The notes: generated by a model from the sequence alone, not told the origin. A DNA stretch of 53,436 nucleotides from an uncultured Gammaproteobacteria bacterium (GCA_964616855.1 CAZTUJ010000005.1:1-53436), one strand, 5' to 3'. Positions 38,793-48,895 are shown, counted from the stretch's first letter. Made by a program: numbers and translations.

Positions 38793-40676
38793 ATGTCTAA
38801 ACTGCAAAAGTTTTCTAATTTAGTAAAACGCCACCGTCAGCGCTGGTTGTTTTTGTTGGTTATTATTTTCGCTGCGCTCGGTTTTGTCCTGGCGGCCGAT
38901 AATTATTATAATCAAGCTGTTAATGCCCTAGCTAAAGCCACTAACAACATTATTGTTTTGCCTTCGGCTCCCAAGAGTCCTTTTGTTTTGGGCCTTGATT
39001 TACAGGGTGGTACTCAATTGATTTATGAAGCTGATGTGGCTAATATTGCCGAGGCTGAGCGTTTAAGTGCCCTTGAGGGCGTCCGCGACATCATTGAGCG
39101 CCGCGTTAATGGTGCTGGCGTCAGTGAGCCAGTAATCCAGATTAACCGCACTATGCAGGGAGACTATCGTATTTTAGCGGAGTTGGCTGGCATTAAAGAT
39201 GTTAATGAGGCTATTAAATTAATCGGAGAGACTCCTTTATTGGAATTTAAAGAACAGAGCACCGAAGCTCAAGAAGTTACCGCGGAACCTAATGCCGAAG
39301 CCGTTGCTTTTAATAAACAGGTGACCACTCAGGCCGCTGAAGCTATTAAGGCTATTAATACGGGTGCCGATTGGCAAGCTTTAGCCGATAAATATCAGGC
39401 TAAGTTTGAAACTAAGGAAGCTTTGGCTGAAGAAAATCAACCAGCTTTAGTTGCTTCCTTAAAGAATATGGCAATTGGTGGACTGAGTGCGCCTTTAAAA
39501 ATTGATAATACTTTAGTCATTGCCAAGTTATTAGCTAAAACCGAAAAAGATAATCCTTTTAAAGATCAGGTGGGTCAGTCTCCGAAAATTACAGAATATA
39601 AGGCTCAGCTGTTATCCTTCACTCTTCAGGACGAATCACCAGTTTTAAGCTTAGGTGATAATTGGCAAAATACAGAATTGTCTGGTAAAAATTTAAAACG
39701 AGCGAGCTTGCAGTTTAATCCTCAGGACAGCTCGCCTGAAGTGGCCTTGGAATTTGATAGTGAGGGAGCGGAAGCTTTTGCCAATATCACGGAAAGAAAT
39801 ATCGGCAAGCCGGTGGCCATCTTTTTAGATGGTTATGCTATCAGCGTGCCGACGGTTAATGATCGTATTCCGGATGGGCGGGCAGTTATTTCTGGCCGTT
39901 TCAATGTTCAGGAAGCAAAATTATTAGTACAGCGTTTGAATACCGGCGCTTTACCAGTACCGATTAATTTAGTCGGTCAGCAGACGGTGGGTGCTAGCTT
40001 GGGGCAGAAGTCTATTGATAATAGTGTAAAAGCGGGTTTAATTGGCTTCCTTTTTGTAGCTGTTTTCATGATTGTTTTTTATCGTTTACCGGGAGCAGTT
40101 TCCGTCATTTCTTTGGGAATTTATGCTTTGACTGTTTTAACAATTTTTAAGGCCGCCCCGATTTGGTTAGCTTTAATTTTCATTTCTTTACTTGTGGTTT
40201 TATTTGTTAGCGTCTTTAATCATTTGAAGATTTTTGACGGCATTTTTTCCTCTACTCTCTTTCTGGTAATTTTAGCTTTCTTAGTTTATTACGCTAATCA
40301 GCCTGTTACTTTAACCTTGGCAGGTATTACCGGTTTCATTCTTTCTATTGGTATGGCCGTTGATGCTAATGTTTTGATTTTTGAGCGCATGAAAGAAGAG
40401 TTGCGCTCGGGTAAACCGCTATCTACCGCCCTGGATGAAGGTTTCCGTCGGGCCTGGCCTTCAATTCGTGATGGTAATATCACTACTATTTTGACTTGTT
40501 TTATCCTTATGGGTTTTGGTACGGGCTTAGTCAAAGGTTTTGGGGCCACTCTGTTTATTGGCGTTTCCATTTCTATGTTTAGCAGTATTGTCATTACCTA
40601 TACTTTGTTGAAAGTGTTTAATAGCTCTTGGTTAGACCGACACCGCTATTTATTAGGGGCTCGTCGTCTTAAATAA
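38793..40676 (+). CDS. secD: protein translocase subunit SecD
   Basis: LGLDLQGG, GALPVP, GMAVDANVLIFER and IRDGNITT. Confidence 0.97.
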   Translation: MSKLQKFSNLVKRHRQRWLFLLVIIFAALGFVLAADNYYNQAVNALAKATNNIIVLPSAPKSPFVLGLDLQGGTQLIYEADVANIAEAERLSALEGVRDIIERRVNGAGVSEPVIQINRTMQGDYRILAELAGIKDVNEAIKLIGETPLLEFKEQSTEAQEVTAEPNAEAVAFNKQVTTQAAEAIKAINTGADWQALADKYQAKFETKEALAEENQPALVASLKNMAIGGLSAPLKIDNTLVIAKLLAKTEKDNPFKDQVGQSPKITEYKAQLLSFTLQDESPVLSLGDNWQNTELSGKNLKRASLQFNPQDSSPEVALEFDSEGAEAFANITERNIGKPVAIFLDGYAISVPTVNDRIPDGRAVISGRFNVQEAKLLVQRLNTGALPVPINLVGQQTVGASLGQKSIDNSVKAGLIGFLFVAVFMIVFYRLPGAVSVISLGIYALTVLTIFKAAPIWLALIFISLLVVLFVSVFNHLKIFDGIFSSTLFLVILAFLVYYANQPVTLTLAGITGFILSIGMAVDANVLIFERMKEELRSGKPLSTALDEGFRRAWPSIRDGNITTILTCFILMGFGTGLVKGFGATLFIGVSISMFSSIVITYTLLKVFNSSWLDRHRYLLGARRLK

Positions 40677-40719
40677 GTAAATCAAGGGCGGGGTAAGTCT
40701 TCTTCGCTCTCATATCGAT

Positions 40720-41625
40720 ATGATTAATCTTCACATTATTAAACGCCGCGCCTTCTGGTTATCTCTATCTGGAGCTATGGTGGTGGCTGCCATAATTTTT
40801 TTGTCTCTTTGGGGCTTAAGATTCGGCATTGATTTTACCGGGGGCAGCCTCTTAGAGTTGAAATTTAATGGCCAGCAACCTAGCGTTTCCGCAGTGCAAA
40901 CTCAGCTAGCTAATACCGCTGTGAGTAGTCTCACTGTTCAGCCCACGGAAGATTCTCTAATTTTACGTTTTCAAGAAAGTGACGAAGATACCCACCAGGC
41001 AGTTTTAGAATCTTTAAGCAACTTGCCTGAAGCCCAATTGGGTTTAGAGGAAATTCGCTTCGAAGCCATTGGCCCCTCTATTGGCCAAGAATTAAGAAGC
41101 AAAGCTTTTTGGTTAATGTTGATGGTTCTTATTGTTATTATTGCTTATGTTGCCTTTACTTTTCAGCGCGTTTCTAAGCCAGTAGCTTCTTGGAAGTATG
41201 GCGTGGTTGCGGTGGTCGCCTTATTTCATGATGTCTTAATTACCCTCGGTGTCTTTGCCTTATTGGGTAAGCTTTACGGGGTAGAAATAAATACCTACTT
41301 TGTTGTCGCTTTATTGACGGTCCTGGGCTATAGCGTCAATGACACTATTGTTGTTTTTGATCGAACGCGTGAGAATTTACCTAAAAGTGCCACTAGTTTT
41401 GGTGAAACTGTTAATGCTAGTTTGAATCAGACTTTTGTCCGTTCCATTAATACCGTTATTACCACCTTGCTCGCTTTGACTGCGGTGCTTTTCTTTGGTG
41501 GCGATTCGGTGAGAGACTTTGTTTTGGCTTTAATTATTGGTATTTTCTGTGGTGCTTATAGCTCTATTTTTGTAGCTAGCCCCCTGTTGGTGGTGTGGGA
41601 AAGATGGCAGCAGAGACGCCGTTAA
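40720..41625 (+). CDS. secF: protein translocase subunit SecF
   Basis: GIDFTGG, ALFHDV, GYSVNDTIVVFDR and GAYSSIFVA. Confidence 0.97.
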   Translation: MINLHIIKRRAFWLSLSGAMVVAAIIFLSLWGLRFGIDFTGGSLLELKFNGQQPSVSAVQTQLANTAVSSLTVQPTEDSLILRFQESDEDTHQAVLESLSNLPEAQLGLEEIRFEAIGPSIGQELRSKAFWLMLMVLIVIIAYVAFTFQRVSKPVASWKYGVVAVVALFHDVLITLGVFALLGKLYGVEINTYFVVALLTVLGYSVNDTIVVFDRTRENLPKSATSFGETVNASLNQTFVRSINTVITTLLALTAVLFFGGDSVRDFVLALIIGIFCGAYSSIFVASPLLVVWERWQQRRR

Positions 41626-41649
41626 TTTTCTATTACTATTTTTAAGAAG

Positions 41650-41680
41650 ACTCCGAACCTTGATGGTTCGGAGTTTTTTT
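41650..41680 (+). terminator. intrinsic terminator after secF
   Basis: ACTCCGAACC-TTGAT-GGTTCGGAGT followed by a T run; TGCTATAAT (extended -10) follows at 41684-41692. Confidence 0.85.
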
Positions 41681-41732
41681 ATATGCTATAATCAAGGCAG
41701 GAAATAATATTTTTTCTCTTATTCTGTGGCTT

Positions 41733-44051
41733 ATGTTTCGTCTTGACTGGCAAAAAATTATCACCTTACTTTTACGCTGTGCCTATTATTTAGCTTTAGC
41801 CGCCTTGCCCTTGGGTATGTCTTTTTTATTTCCCACCTTTAGTCCTTTTAATTTAGTAAAAGCGGTCTGGCTCCATATTTTAGGGGCTAGTATTTTTATA
41901 TTATTAATTTTACAAACACGTGCTCGTTGGCGGCAAGTCCCTCTTTCTTTTTTGCCTGTTAATTTCTGGTCATCCTTATTGCCAGTTTGGATCTTTTTTG
42001 GAGTTTGGGCCGTTCTTTCTTATTGGTCAGCCTCGCCCCTTCAGTCTTGGTTTGGTTCTTATGAGCGTCAGTTCGGTCTTAGTGCTTACTTTTGGTTAGC
42101 CCTGTGGCATAGCTTCGTTGTTTATTATAGCTCTGGGGCAGGGGAAGCGAAGGCTATCTCTCGGCCTGAATCCTGGTTAAAAATAGTGCGTCTGAGTGCT
42201 TTGACAGCGGCTATTGTTGGCGCCCTAGTTGGCCTTTATGCTGGTTTGCAGTTTTGTGGCTATGATTTTGCTGTCTGGCAGGAGCCGCAATTATACGCTC
42301 GCGCTATTTCCACTTTTGGTCAGCCTAATTTACTCGCCTCTTTTTTGCTTTTATCCTTACCCTTAACTGTTTATTATTTTTCTTTACAAAAGCGCTTTTT
42401 GACTCGTTTCTTCGCAATCGTTTTATTCGGTTTTCAGTTTCTAGGTCTAGTTGTTAGCGGTTCTAGGGCGGCATGGTTAGCCTTCGCTTTAACGATGGCG
42501 TTGCTGATTTTAGTTTTAGCTTGGCGCCGCTGGCGTTTTTGGTCTTTAACTTTAGTTTTGCCGCTGCCAATTATTATTTTAATGAGTTTTTCGGTTCTAA
42601 TGCCAGGGCGAGTGCAGGCTTTTTTAAATTTTAATGGGGGCAGTTTAGCTGTTCGGAAGCAGTTCTATGAAGTAGCTTTACCAGTGATTAAAGAACGGCC
42701 TTGGCTGGGAATTGGTTTAGAAAACGGTGGAGAAGCTATCATCCCTTATTACCAGCAAGATTGGGGAGTTTTTTCTAATATTAATAGCTATACGGATAAA
42801 GTACACAATAGTTTCTTAGATACTATTATCCAGACTGGTATTATTGGTTTTATTTTTTGGGCAGGACTCTATCTTTTCTGGGCTTGGCAATGTTGGCGCT
42901 TATGGCAACATCCAGCGAGTAGAAATTTTGCTCTGGCCGCCGCGGCCGCCATGTTTGCTTATAGTTTCTCTTTGTTATTTAGTATTTCTGATTTAACCGG
43001 GGTTTTTTATTTCTGGTTTTTAGCCGCTTTAGTGGTGGCGGGCAATCTCAGTTTAGCCTCGGGCGAAAAAAAATCTTTTTTTCAATGGTTAAGGCATTTC
43101 TTGTTTAAACTTGGAGGCAGAAATTCTCGTTTACAGACTTTAGGTGCTAGCCTGCTAGGAGTAATTATTATTAGTGGCTCGCTCTGGCAGATTTATTTTA
43201 GTTTTAGTTCTTTGTTGGCTGATTACTACTTTTTACAGCTTTATAGCAGTTTGTCTAGCCGTGAATATTTTACCATCGATGCTCTGTATTCTTACACCGA
43301 AAAAAATGCTTTAAATCCGATTAATCGCATTTATTACCAACGAGTTTTTAGTACTTATGCCTGGTTTAATTTTCAAAATTTACCTGATAAGGCTAGTCAA
43401 TATATTTTAAGAGAGCGGTTGGAGACAATCGTAAAAATATTTCCAACAGATACTTATGAAAATCTAGCGGTATCTTCGCGCTTACGCTGTTTTTTGCAAA
43501 CAGATAAGGTTGTTTTTAAAGATTTTAAAAAATTAATTAATTCTAGTCCCGTGCGGCCATCAGGTTATCGCGATCAGGCTTATTGCCTCCAGCTTTCAGG
43601 AGAGAATGAAGAGGCAATCGCCACTTACCAGCAAGCACTCTCTTTGTTGCCAGATAGAAGCGATCCCCGTTTTAATCCTGTTCATCTGTCTTATTTACAT
43701 TTTTATGCTTATCAGTTAGAAAAGGACAGTGCTTATTTGTATGAAAAGACGGGAGACCTTGAAAAAGCCTTGTTATCTTATCGTCAAGCCTACTCTGATT
43801 ATCCCGAAGATGTTGTTATTTTGGATAATATTTCTAAAGTTTATCAGCAGCTTCAGGACTATCCTTCCGCGCTAGCCGTTTTAGAGCATGCTTATGTTCG
43901 TCAGCCTCTCCAAGCCTATTGGCCCTTAGCTTTAGCGCAGTTATATCAAGAGTTGGGTAAGGAAGAGGTTTCAGCTTTTTATTATCAAGCCGCTAATGCT
44001 TTGCAGGCGGAAGCTGAAATAGTGCCAGAAAATTCTCAATTTTACCGTTAA
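41733..44051 (+). CDS. O-antigen ligase-like (Wzy_C) membrane protein with C-terminal TPR repeats
   Basis: STFGQPNLLA, SGSRAAW, RPWLGIG and KVHNSFLD motifs; TPR-like helices after about aa 600. Confidence 0.88.
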   Translation: MFRLDWQKIITLLLRCAYYLALAALPLGMSFLFPTFSPFNLVKAVWLHILGASIFILLILQTRARWRQVPLSFLPVNFWSSLLPVWIFFGVWAVLSYWSASPLQSWFGSYERQFGLSAYFWLALWHSFVVYYSSGAGEAKAISRPESWLKIVRLSALTAAIVGALVGLYAGLQFCGYDFAVWQEPQLYARAISTFGQPNLLASFLLLSLPLTVYYFSLQKRFLTRFFAIVLFGFQFLGLVVSGSRAAWLAFALTMALLILVLAWRRWRFWSLTLVLPLPIIILMSFSVLMPGRVQAFLNFNGGSLAVRKQFYEVALPVIKERPWLGIGLENGGEAIIPYYQQDWGVFSNINSYTDKVHNSFLDTIIQTGIIGFIFWAGLYLFWAWQCWRLWQHPASRNFALAAAAAMFAYSFSLLFSISDLTGVFYFWFLAALVVAGNLSLASGEKKSFFQWLRHFLFKLGGRNSRLQTLGASLLGVIIISGSLWQIYFSFSSLLADYYFLQLYSSLSSREYFTIDALYSYTEKNALNPINRIYYQRVFSTYAWFNFQNLPDKASQYILRERLETIVKIFPTDTYENLAVSSRLRCFLQTDKVVFKDFKKLINSSPVRPSGYRDQAYCLQLSGENEEAIATYQQALSLLPDRSDPRFNPVHLSYLHFYAYQLEKDSAYLYEKTGDLEKALLSYRQAYSDYPEDVVILDNISKVYQQLQDYPSALAVLEHAYVRQPLQAYWPLALAQLYQELGKEEVSAFYYQAANALQAEAEIVPENSQFYR

Positions 44052-44055
44052 ATTT

Positions 44056-44859
44056 ATGCTTTTATTTTCTCTAATTATTTTTTTTCTCGGCTTGGCTTTG
44101 GGCAGTTTTGCTAATTGTTTAATTTGGCGTTTATATCGTCAAGAAAAACTGAGCGGACGCTCGCACTGTCCTCGTTGCCAACATCAGTTAGCCTGGTATG
44201 AAAATATTCCTCTGTTAAGTTATGTGCGTTTGCGGGGCCATTGTCGTTATTGTCGTCAGACAATTGCCTGGCAGTATCCGGCGGTAGAGGCGGCGGTCGC
44301 AATTTTATTTACTTTTTTCTGGTTTAAACATTTAAATTTTAGTTGGCCTGGTCCCGAATCATTAGCTGTTATTTTAGGAGATTATAATTTCTGGCTACCT
44401 TTGCTACGGGATTTTCTAGCGGTCTGGGTTTTAACGGTTGTTTTCGTTTTCGATTTGCGCTTCTATTTAGTATCAACTTTGGTGGTTTTACCAGTTAGCG
44501 CGGCTTTTATTATTTTAAATTTGCTATTAGGAGCCTCTTGGCTGACTTTGCTAGGCACAATTTTGGCGGCAGTGATATTTTTTGGTCTGCAGTTTATTCT
44601 AACTCGGGGGCGTGGTCTGGGTGAAGGGGATATTTGGCTTGGTTTGATGTTGGGGGCCCTATTTCCGGATTGGAGTTTATTGATTTTAGCCATTTTGGTC
44701 TCTTATTTGATTGGTACAGCTGTAGGCTTAGCTCTAATTGCTGCTGGTCATAAGTCCTGGGGCTCAAAATTGCCCCTAGGAGTGTTTTTAGCGCTAGGAG
44801 CGATAATCGCCCTGGCTTGGGGTCCCAGCATTATTAGCTCCTATTGGCGCTGGTTCTAG
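44056..44859 (+). CDS. pilD: prepilin peptidase (A24)
   Basis: GSF..C...R, RSHCPRC, ENIPLLS, CRYC, first Asp in VFDL, G.GD and LPLGVFL. Confidence 0.93.
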   Translation: MLLFSLIIFFLGLALGSFANCLIWRLYRQEKLSGRSHCPRCQHQLAWYENIPLLSYVRLRGHCRYCRQTIAWQYPAVEAAVAILFTFFWFKHLNFSWPGPESLAVILGDYNFWLPLLRDFLAVWVLTVVFVFDLRFYLVSTLVVLPVSAAFIILNLLLGASWLTLLGTILAAVIFFGLQFILTRGRGLGEGDIWLGLMLGALFPDWSLLILAILVSYLIGTAVGLALIAAGHKSWGSKLPLGVFLALGAIIALAWGPSIISSYWRWF

Positions 44860-44959
44860 TTGTTAATATTTCAAAAATTTATTATAATGGAATAAGTATG
44901 GTCTAAAGCGTCGGAGAGCTGTTTTTTAAAAAAGCTCTTTCGGCTGTTTTCAATATTTT

Positions 44960-46216
44960 ATGAAAGATGACATCATCGCTGGTTTAGATATCGGCTCAAC
45001 TGCAGTTCGCCTGGTTATTGGTCAGAAAATTTCTGGTCCGACCGGGGAAGAAGTGCAGATTATTGGCGCCGTTTCTTCGCCGACCGCCGGCGTTAGCAAA
45101 GGCGTCGTCAATAGTATTGAGGAAACAACCTCATCGATTTCTGCTTGCTTGGAAAAAGCAGAGCGGATTGTGGGTGTGCCCATTACTAGCGTTTGGGTTG
45201 GCATCAATGATCCTAATGTTAAGTGTGAGCGGAGTAAAGGCGTGGTTGCTGTCAGTAAGAGTGATGGTGAGATTAGTGAGGCTGATGTCAATCGAGCAAT
45301 TGAAGCCGCGCGGGCTTTAGCGGTGCCGGTTAATTACGAAATTTTACACGTCATGCCTGTCCGTTTTAGCGTCGATAATCAGACCGATATCAAAGATCCC
45401 ATTGGGATGAGTGGTATCCGTCTGGAAGTTGAAGCTTTAATTATTCAAGGTCTAAGCACTCAGACTAAGAATTTAACCAAGGCTATTTTCCGTACCGGCT
45501 TAGAGATTGAAGACTTAGTGATCTCCCCGCTCGCTGCCGCTGAAGCCGTTTTAACTCCGAAGCAGAAAGAATTGGGTGTTGCCCTGATTAATATTGGCTC
45601 TTCTACTACTTCCATCGCTGTTTACGAAGAGAGAAATCTTTTACATACCGCCATTTTACCTATCGGTTCCGAATACATTACTAATGATATCGCTTTAGGT
45701 TTACGTTGTCCGATTAATTTGGCCGAGAGAATTAAATTAGAATATGGTAGTGCTAATCCAGAAGCTTTTAGTGAGGGTGAAGAGGTTGATGTTACCCGTT
45801 TAGTGAAAGAGGAAGATGTTAATGATGATATCAGTTTAGTTTCCCGGCGCTATATCGCAGAAATTATCGAAGCACGGGTAGAAGAAATCTTTGACAAGGT
45901 AGATAAGGAGCTGAAAAAGATTGACCGTTCCGGCATGTTGCCGGCGGGTGTTGTCTTTACTGGCGCTGGTGCTCAGTTGGATGGAGTGATTGAAGCGGCC
46001 AAGCGCAAGTTGCGCTTGCCGGCCGCCTTAGGGCAGAGCAAAAATATTAATGTTGTGATTGATAAGGTGAGGACCCCGGAATTTTTACCAGCTTTAGGAT
46101 TGGTAATTTGGGGGGCACATGAATACCCCAGTCAAAGTAGCAGTAATTTTCAGAAAAATTTTGGTAATATTTTTGGTAAAGCTAAAAGTATTTTTCAAAA
46201 AATTATCCCAAGATAA
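44960..46216 (+). CDS. ftsA: cell division protein FtsA
   Basis: AGLDIGST, DPIGMSGIRLE, AERIKLEYG, IIEARVEEI and VFTGAGA. Confidence 0.97.
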   Translation: MKDDIIAGLDIGSTAVRLVIGQKISGPTGEEVQIIGAVSSPTAGVSKGVVNSIEETTSSISACLEKAERIVGVPITSVWVGINDPNVKCERSKGVVAVSKSDGEISEADVNRAIEAARALAVPVNYEILHVMPVRFSVDNQTDIKDPIGMSGIRLEVEALIIQGLSTQTKNLTKAIFRTGLEIEDLVISPLAAAEAVLTPKQKELGVALINIGSSTTSIAVYEERNLLHTAILPIGSEYITNDIALGLRCPINLAERIKLEYGSANPEAFSEGEEVDVTRLVKEEDVNDDISLVSRRYIAEIIEARVEEIFDKVDKELKKIDRSGMLPAGVVFTGAGAQLDGVIEAAKRKLRLPAALGQSKNINVVIDKVRTPEFLPALGLVIWGAHEYPSQSSSNFQKNFGNIFGKAKSIFQKIIPR

Positions 46217-46269
46217 ACTAAATCAAGAGTAGCCGCTTTCTGTAAGTAGGCGGCGATTCGGCCAGAACT

Positions 46270-47472
46270 ATGGCGGAAGTCAAACCAGAAATTGAAACTT
46301 TTGCAAAAATTAAAGTTGTTGGTGTCGGTGGTGGCGGTGGCAGTGCCATCAACCGTATGATCGAAAACGGCATTAAGGGCGTGGAATTTGTGGCAATCAA
46401 TACTGATATCCAGGCTCTGCATTATAATAAAGCCGGGGAGAAGATTCACATCGGTAAGACCGTAACTAGGGGTTTAGGAGCGGGTATGAATCCAGATCTA
46501 GGCAAGGGCGCGGCTGAAGAATCGCAAAATGAAATTCGTGAAGCTTTAAAAGGTTGCGATATGGTTTTTGTTACCTGCGGCCTAGGCGGTGGTACCGGTT
46601 CTGGTGCTTCACCGATTGTCGCTCAGATTGCTCGCGATCTCGGGGCCTTGACGGTGGCAGTTGTCACCAAGCCCTTCGTCTTTGAGGGTGGTCAGAGAAA
46701 AAATATTGCGGATCGCGCTTTTGCTGATCTAGCGGATAAAGTCGATACTATTATTACTATTTCTAATGATAAGTTATTACAGGTAATTGATAAGCGCACC
46801 TCTTTATTAGAGGCCTTTGCTATTGCTGATGATGTGTTACGTCAGGGTGTGCAGGGAATCGCGGAAATTATTACTGTTCCTGGTGTTATCAATGCTGACT
46901 TTGCTGACGTTAAAGCCGTTATGGCTAATGCCGGCTCCGCTTTGATGGGTATTGGTCAGGCCAGTGGTGAAAATAAAGCGATTGAAGCGGCGAAGGCGGC
47001 CATTAATTCTAATCTCTTGGATATGTCCATTGATGGCGCTCGCGGTATTGTCTTTACAATTACTGGCGGTCCTGACTTGAGTATGAATGAAGTTAGTGAC
47101 GCCGCTAAGGTTATTACTTCGGCTGCCGATGAAGACGCGAAGATTATCTTTGGTGCGGTTATCGACGAAAAGATGAAAGATCAAATCAAGATTACGGTAG
47201 TCGCCACTGGCTTTGACGGTAAGAGCAAGGGGGTAAAGACAGAATTAAAGAGCTATACGCCTAATCCTTTTATTGAAAGTGAAAATGAGAAGGAAACTGC
47301 CTCTCCAGCCTCCGCTTTGTGGGGTGACAAGAAAGCCAAAGTCCCGACTATTAAAAATATCCCTCTAAAACCCTTAGTGGAAAAGCGTTTGGAAAAAGCG
47401 CCAGAGCCAGAGTTAGAGGAAGAAGATGATCTGAGCGTTCCTGCTTTTATTCGGAAGAAAATGGGTAACTAA
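46270..47472 (+). CDS. ftsZ: cell division protein FtsZ
   Basis: GVGGGG, tubulin signature GGGTGSG, INADFAD and C-terminal DLSVPAFIR. Confidence 0.99.
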   Translation: MAEVKPEIETFAKIKVVGVGGGGGSAINRMIENGIKGVEFVAINTDIQALHYNKAGEKIHIGKTVTRGLGAGMNPDLGKGAAEESQNEIREALKGCDMVFVTCGLGGGTGSGASPIVAQIARDLGALTVAVVTKPFVFEGGQRKNIADRAFADLADKVDTIITISNDKLLQVIDKRTSLLEAFAIADDVLRQGVQGIAEIITVPGVINADFADVKAVMANAGSALMGIGQASGENKAIEAAKAAINSNLLDMSIDGARGIVFTITGGPDLSMNEVSDAAKVITSAADEDAKIIFGAVIDEKMKDQIKITVVATGFDGKSKGVKTELKSYTPNPFIESENEKETASPASALWGDKKAKVPTIKNIPLKPLVEKRLEKAPEPELEEEDDLSVPAFIRKKMGN

Positions 47473-47493
47473 TAGGGCCTTTTCATTACGGAT

Positions 47494-48213
47494 ATGAAAA
47501 TTGATTTTTGTGTTCCCGCTTACAATGAAGATGCCATTTTTCCGGCTAATTCTCTCCGAATCTGGCAGTTTTTACAGGGTCTATCCTTAGAGCATGATTG
47601 GCGTTTAGTTTTTATTGTTAATGGCTCTAGCCCGGCTTTTCAAAAATTAGTTCAAAATTTTACTGAACAAAACAGACCGCGTGCGGTCTGTTTTATTGTA
47701 GAAAAAGACGGTAAAGGACGGGCAATCAAGACCTACTTTAATACCAGTGGCGCTGATATTCTGGTTTATATGGATATTGATTTGGCAGTTGATCTTGAAG
47801 ACTTGCCTCGTTTATTGGCCCCTATTTTAGCGGATGAGGCTGACTTGAGTTTTGGTTCCAGGATGTTGCCTAATTCGGTTAAATGTCGTTCTTGGTTCAG
47901 GGAGTCAAGCTCTCGGATTTATTTATATCTATCCCGAGCCCTGTTGCACCATCATTTCTCTGATTTGCAGTGCGGCTTCAAGGCAATAAAAGTTGAAACT
48001 TGGCGCTCTTTGTCGACTGAGATTGAGAATAATGCCTGGTTTTTTGATACCGAACTGATTTATCGTGCCCAGAAGAAAGGCTGGCGCCTGCGAGAGATTG
48101 CGGTAAATTGGTCAGAAAATCGTTATAGTCGCCGCCGGAGCAAGATAAAAGTTTGGCGGGAAGCTTGGATTTTTTTGCGAGCTATCATTCATTTGCGTCA
48201 AACTGTGCGTTAA
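47494..48213 (+). CDS. GT2 glycosyltransferase (polyprenol-phosphate glycosyltransferase-like)
   Basis: VPAYNE, GKGRA, MDIDL, GSR, DLQCGFK and FFDTE. Confidence 0.9.
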   Translation: MKIDFCVPAYNEDAIFPANSLRIWQFLQGLSLEHDWRLVFIVNGSSPAFQKLVQNFTEQNRPRAVCFIVEKDGKGRAIKTYFNTSGADILVYMDIDLAVDLEDLPRLLAPILADEADLSFGSRMLPNSVKCRSWFRESSSRIYLYLSRALLHHHFSDLQCGFKAIKVETWRSLSTEIENNAWFFDTELIYRAQKKGWRLREIAVNWSENRYSRRRSKIKVWREAWIFLRAIIHLRQTVR

Positions 48214-48243
48214 AATCTTTAATTTTGTCAGGCTGAAAATTTT

Positions 48244-48264
48244 CCGCTGTCAGGCGGTTTTTTT
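48244..48264 (+). terminator. probable terminator after the GT2 gene
   Basis: CCGCT-GTCA-GGCGG followed by a T run. Confidence 0.6.
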
Positions 48265-48274
48265 GTACTAATAA

Positions 48275-48283
48275 TTATCCACA
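48275..48283 (+). promoter_or_regulatory. DnaA box
   Basis: Perfect TTATCCACA about 55 bp upstream of the nrd -35. Confidence 0.55.
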
Positions 48284-48337
48284 GGCACTACTATAAAAGT
48301 GATTTTTTTCTCTTTTTTATCTGAATATTGGCTGATT

Positions 48338-48366
48338 TTGACCCTTGTTTTTTATTCTGCTATAAT
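48338..48366 (+). promoter_or_regulatory. sigma70 promoter of the nrdR-nrdD-nrdG operon
   Basis: TTGACC-17 bp-TATAAT with an extended -10 TG. Confidence 0.8.
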
Positions 48367-48373
48367 AAAGATA

Positions 48374-48422
48374 ATTACAATATTTAGTGGTTGATTGTTA
48401 AAAATACCCACAAAATATAGCT
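48374..48422 (+). promoter_or_regulatory. tandem NrdR boxes
   Basis: ttACAATATTTAGTg (about 48375-48389) and ccACAAAATATAGct (about 48408-48422), 33 bp apart just downstream of the -10; both resemble acaCwAtATaTwGtg. Confidence 0.75.
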
Positions 48423-48436
48423 TTTAGCGCTTTTTT

Positions 48437-48895
48437 ATGAAATGTCCAGTCTGCTATTATAACGATACTAAAGTAGTTGACTCCCGCGTTGCTCCCGACG
48501 GCCTTTCTATTCGCCGCCGTCGCGAATGTCTGAAGTGTAATTTCCGTTTTTCTACCTACGAAGAAATTGAAATTTTGGATTTAATGATTGTGAAAAGAGA
48601 CGGTCGCCGGGAATCTTACAGTCGTGAGAAATTAGTTAGTGGTTTACGTAAGTCTTTAGAAAAGAGATCGGTGACCGAGGATAAATTTAAACAGATTATT
48701 CATGGCATTGAACGTGATTTACAGAAGCTGAGGCAAAATGAAGTTACTTCTCGTCAGATTGGGCAAATGGTAATGAAACATTTGAAAAAAACTGATCAGG
48801 TTGCTTATATCCGCTATGCTTCCGTCTATGAATCCTTTAAGGATGCGAATGAATTCCGCCGCGAGCTCAATAAGCTCATCAAGGACAAAAAATAA
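48437..48895 (+). CDS. nrdR: transcriptional repressor NrdR
   Basis: MKCPVC, VVDSR, RRRRECLKC.FRFSTYE, ATP-cone and VAYIRYASVY. Confidence 0.98.
   Translation: MKCPVCYYNDTKVVDSRVAPDGLSIRRRRECLKCNFRFSTYEEIEILDLMIVKRDGRRESYSREKLVSGLRKSLEKRSVTEDKFKQIIHGIERDLQKLRQNEVTSRQIGQMVMKHLKKTDQVAYIRYASVYESFKDANEFRRELNKLIKDKK

Noticed and set aside
48275..48283. Replication origin
   Set aside because: Only one DnaA box is present, with no cluster and no dnaA/dnaN nearby; a promoter-associated site fits better.
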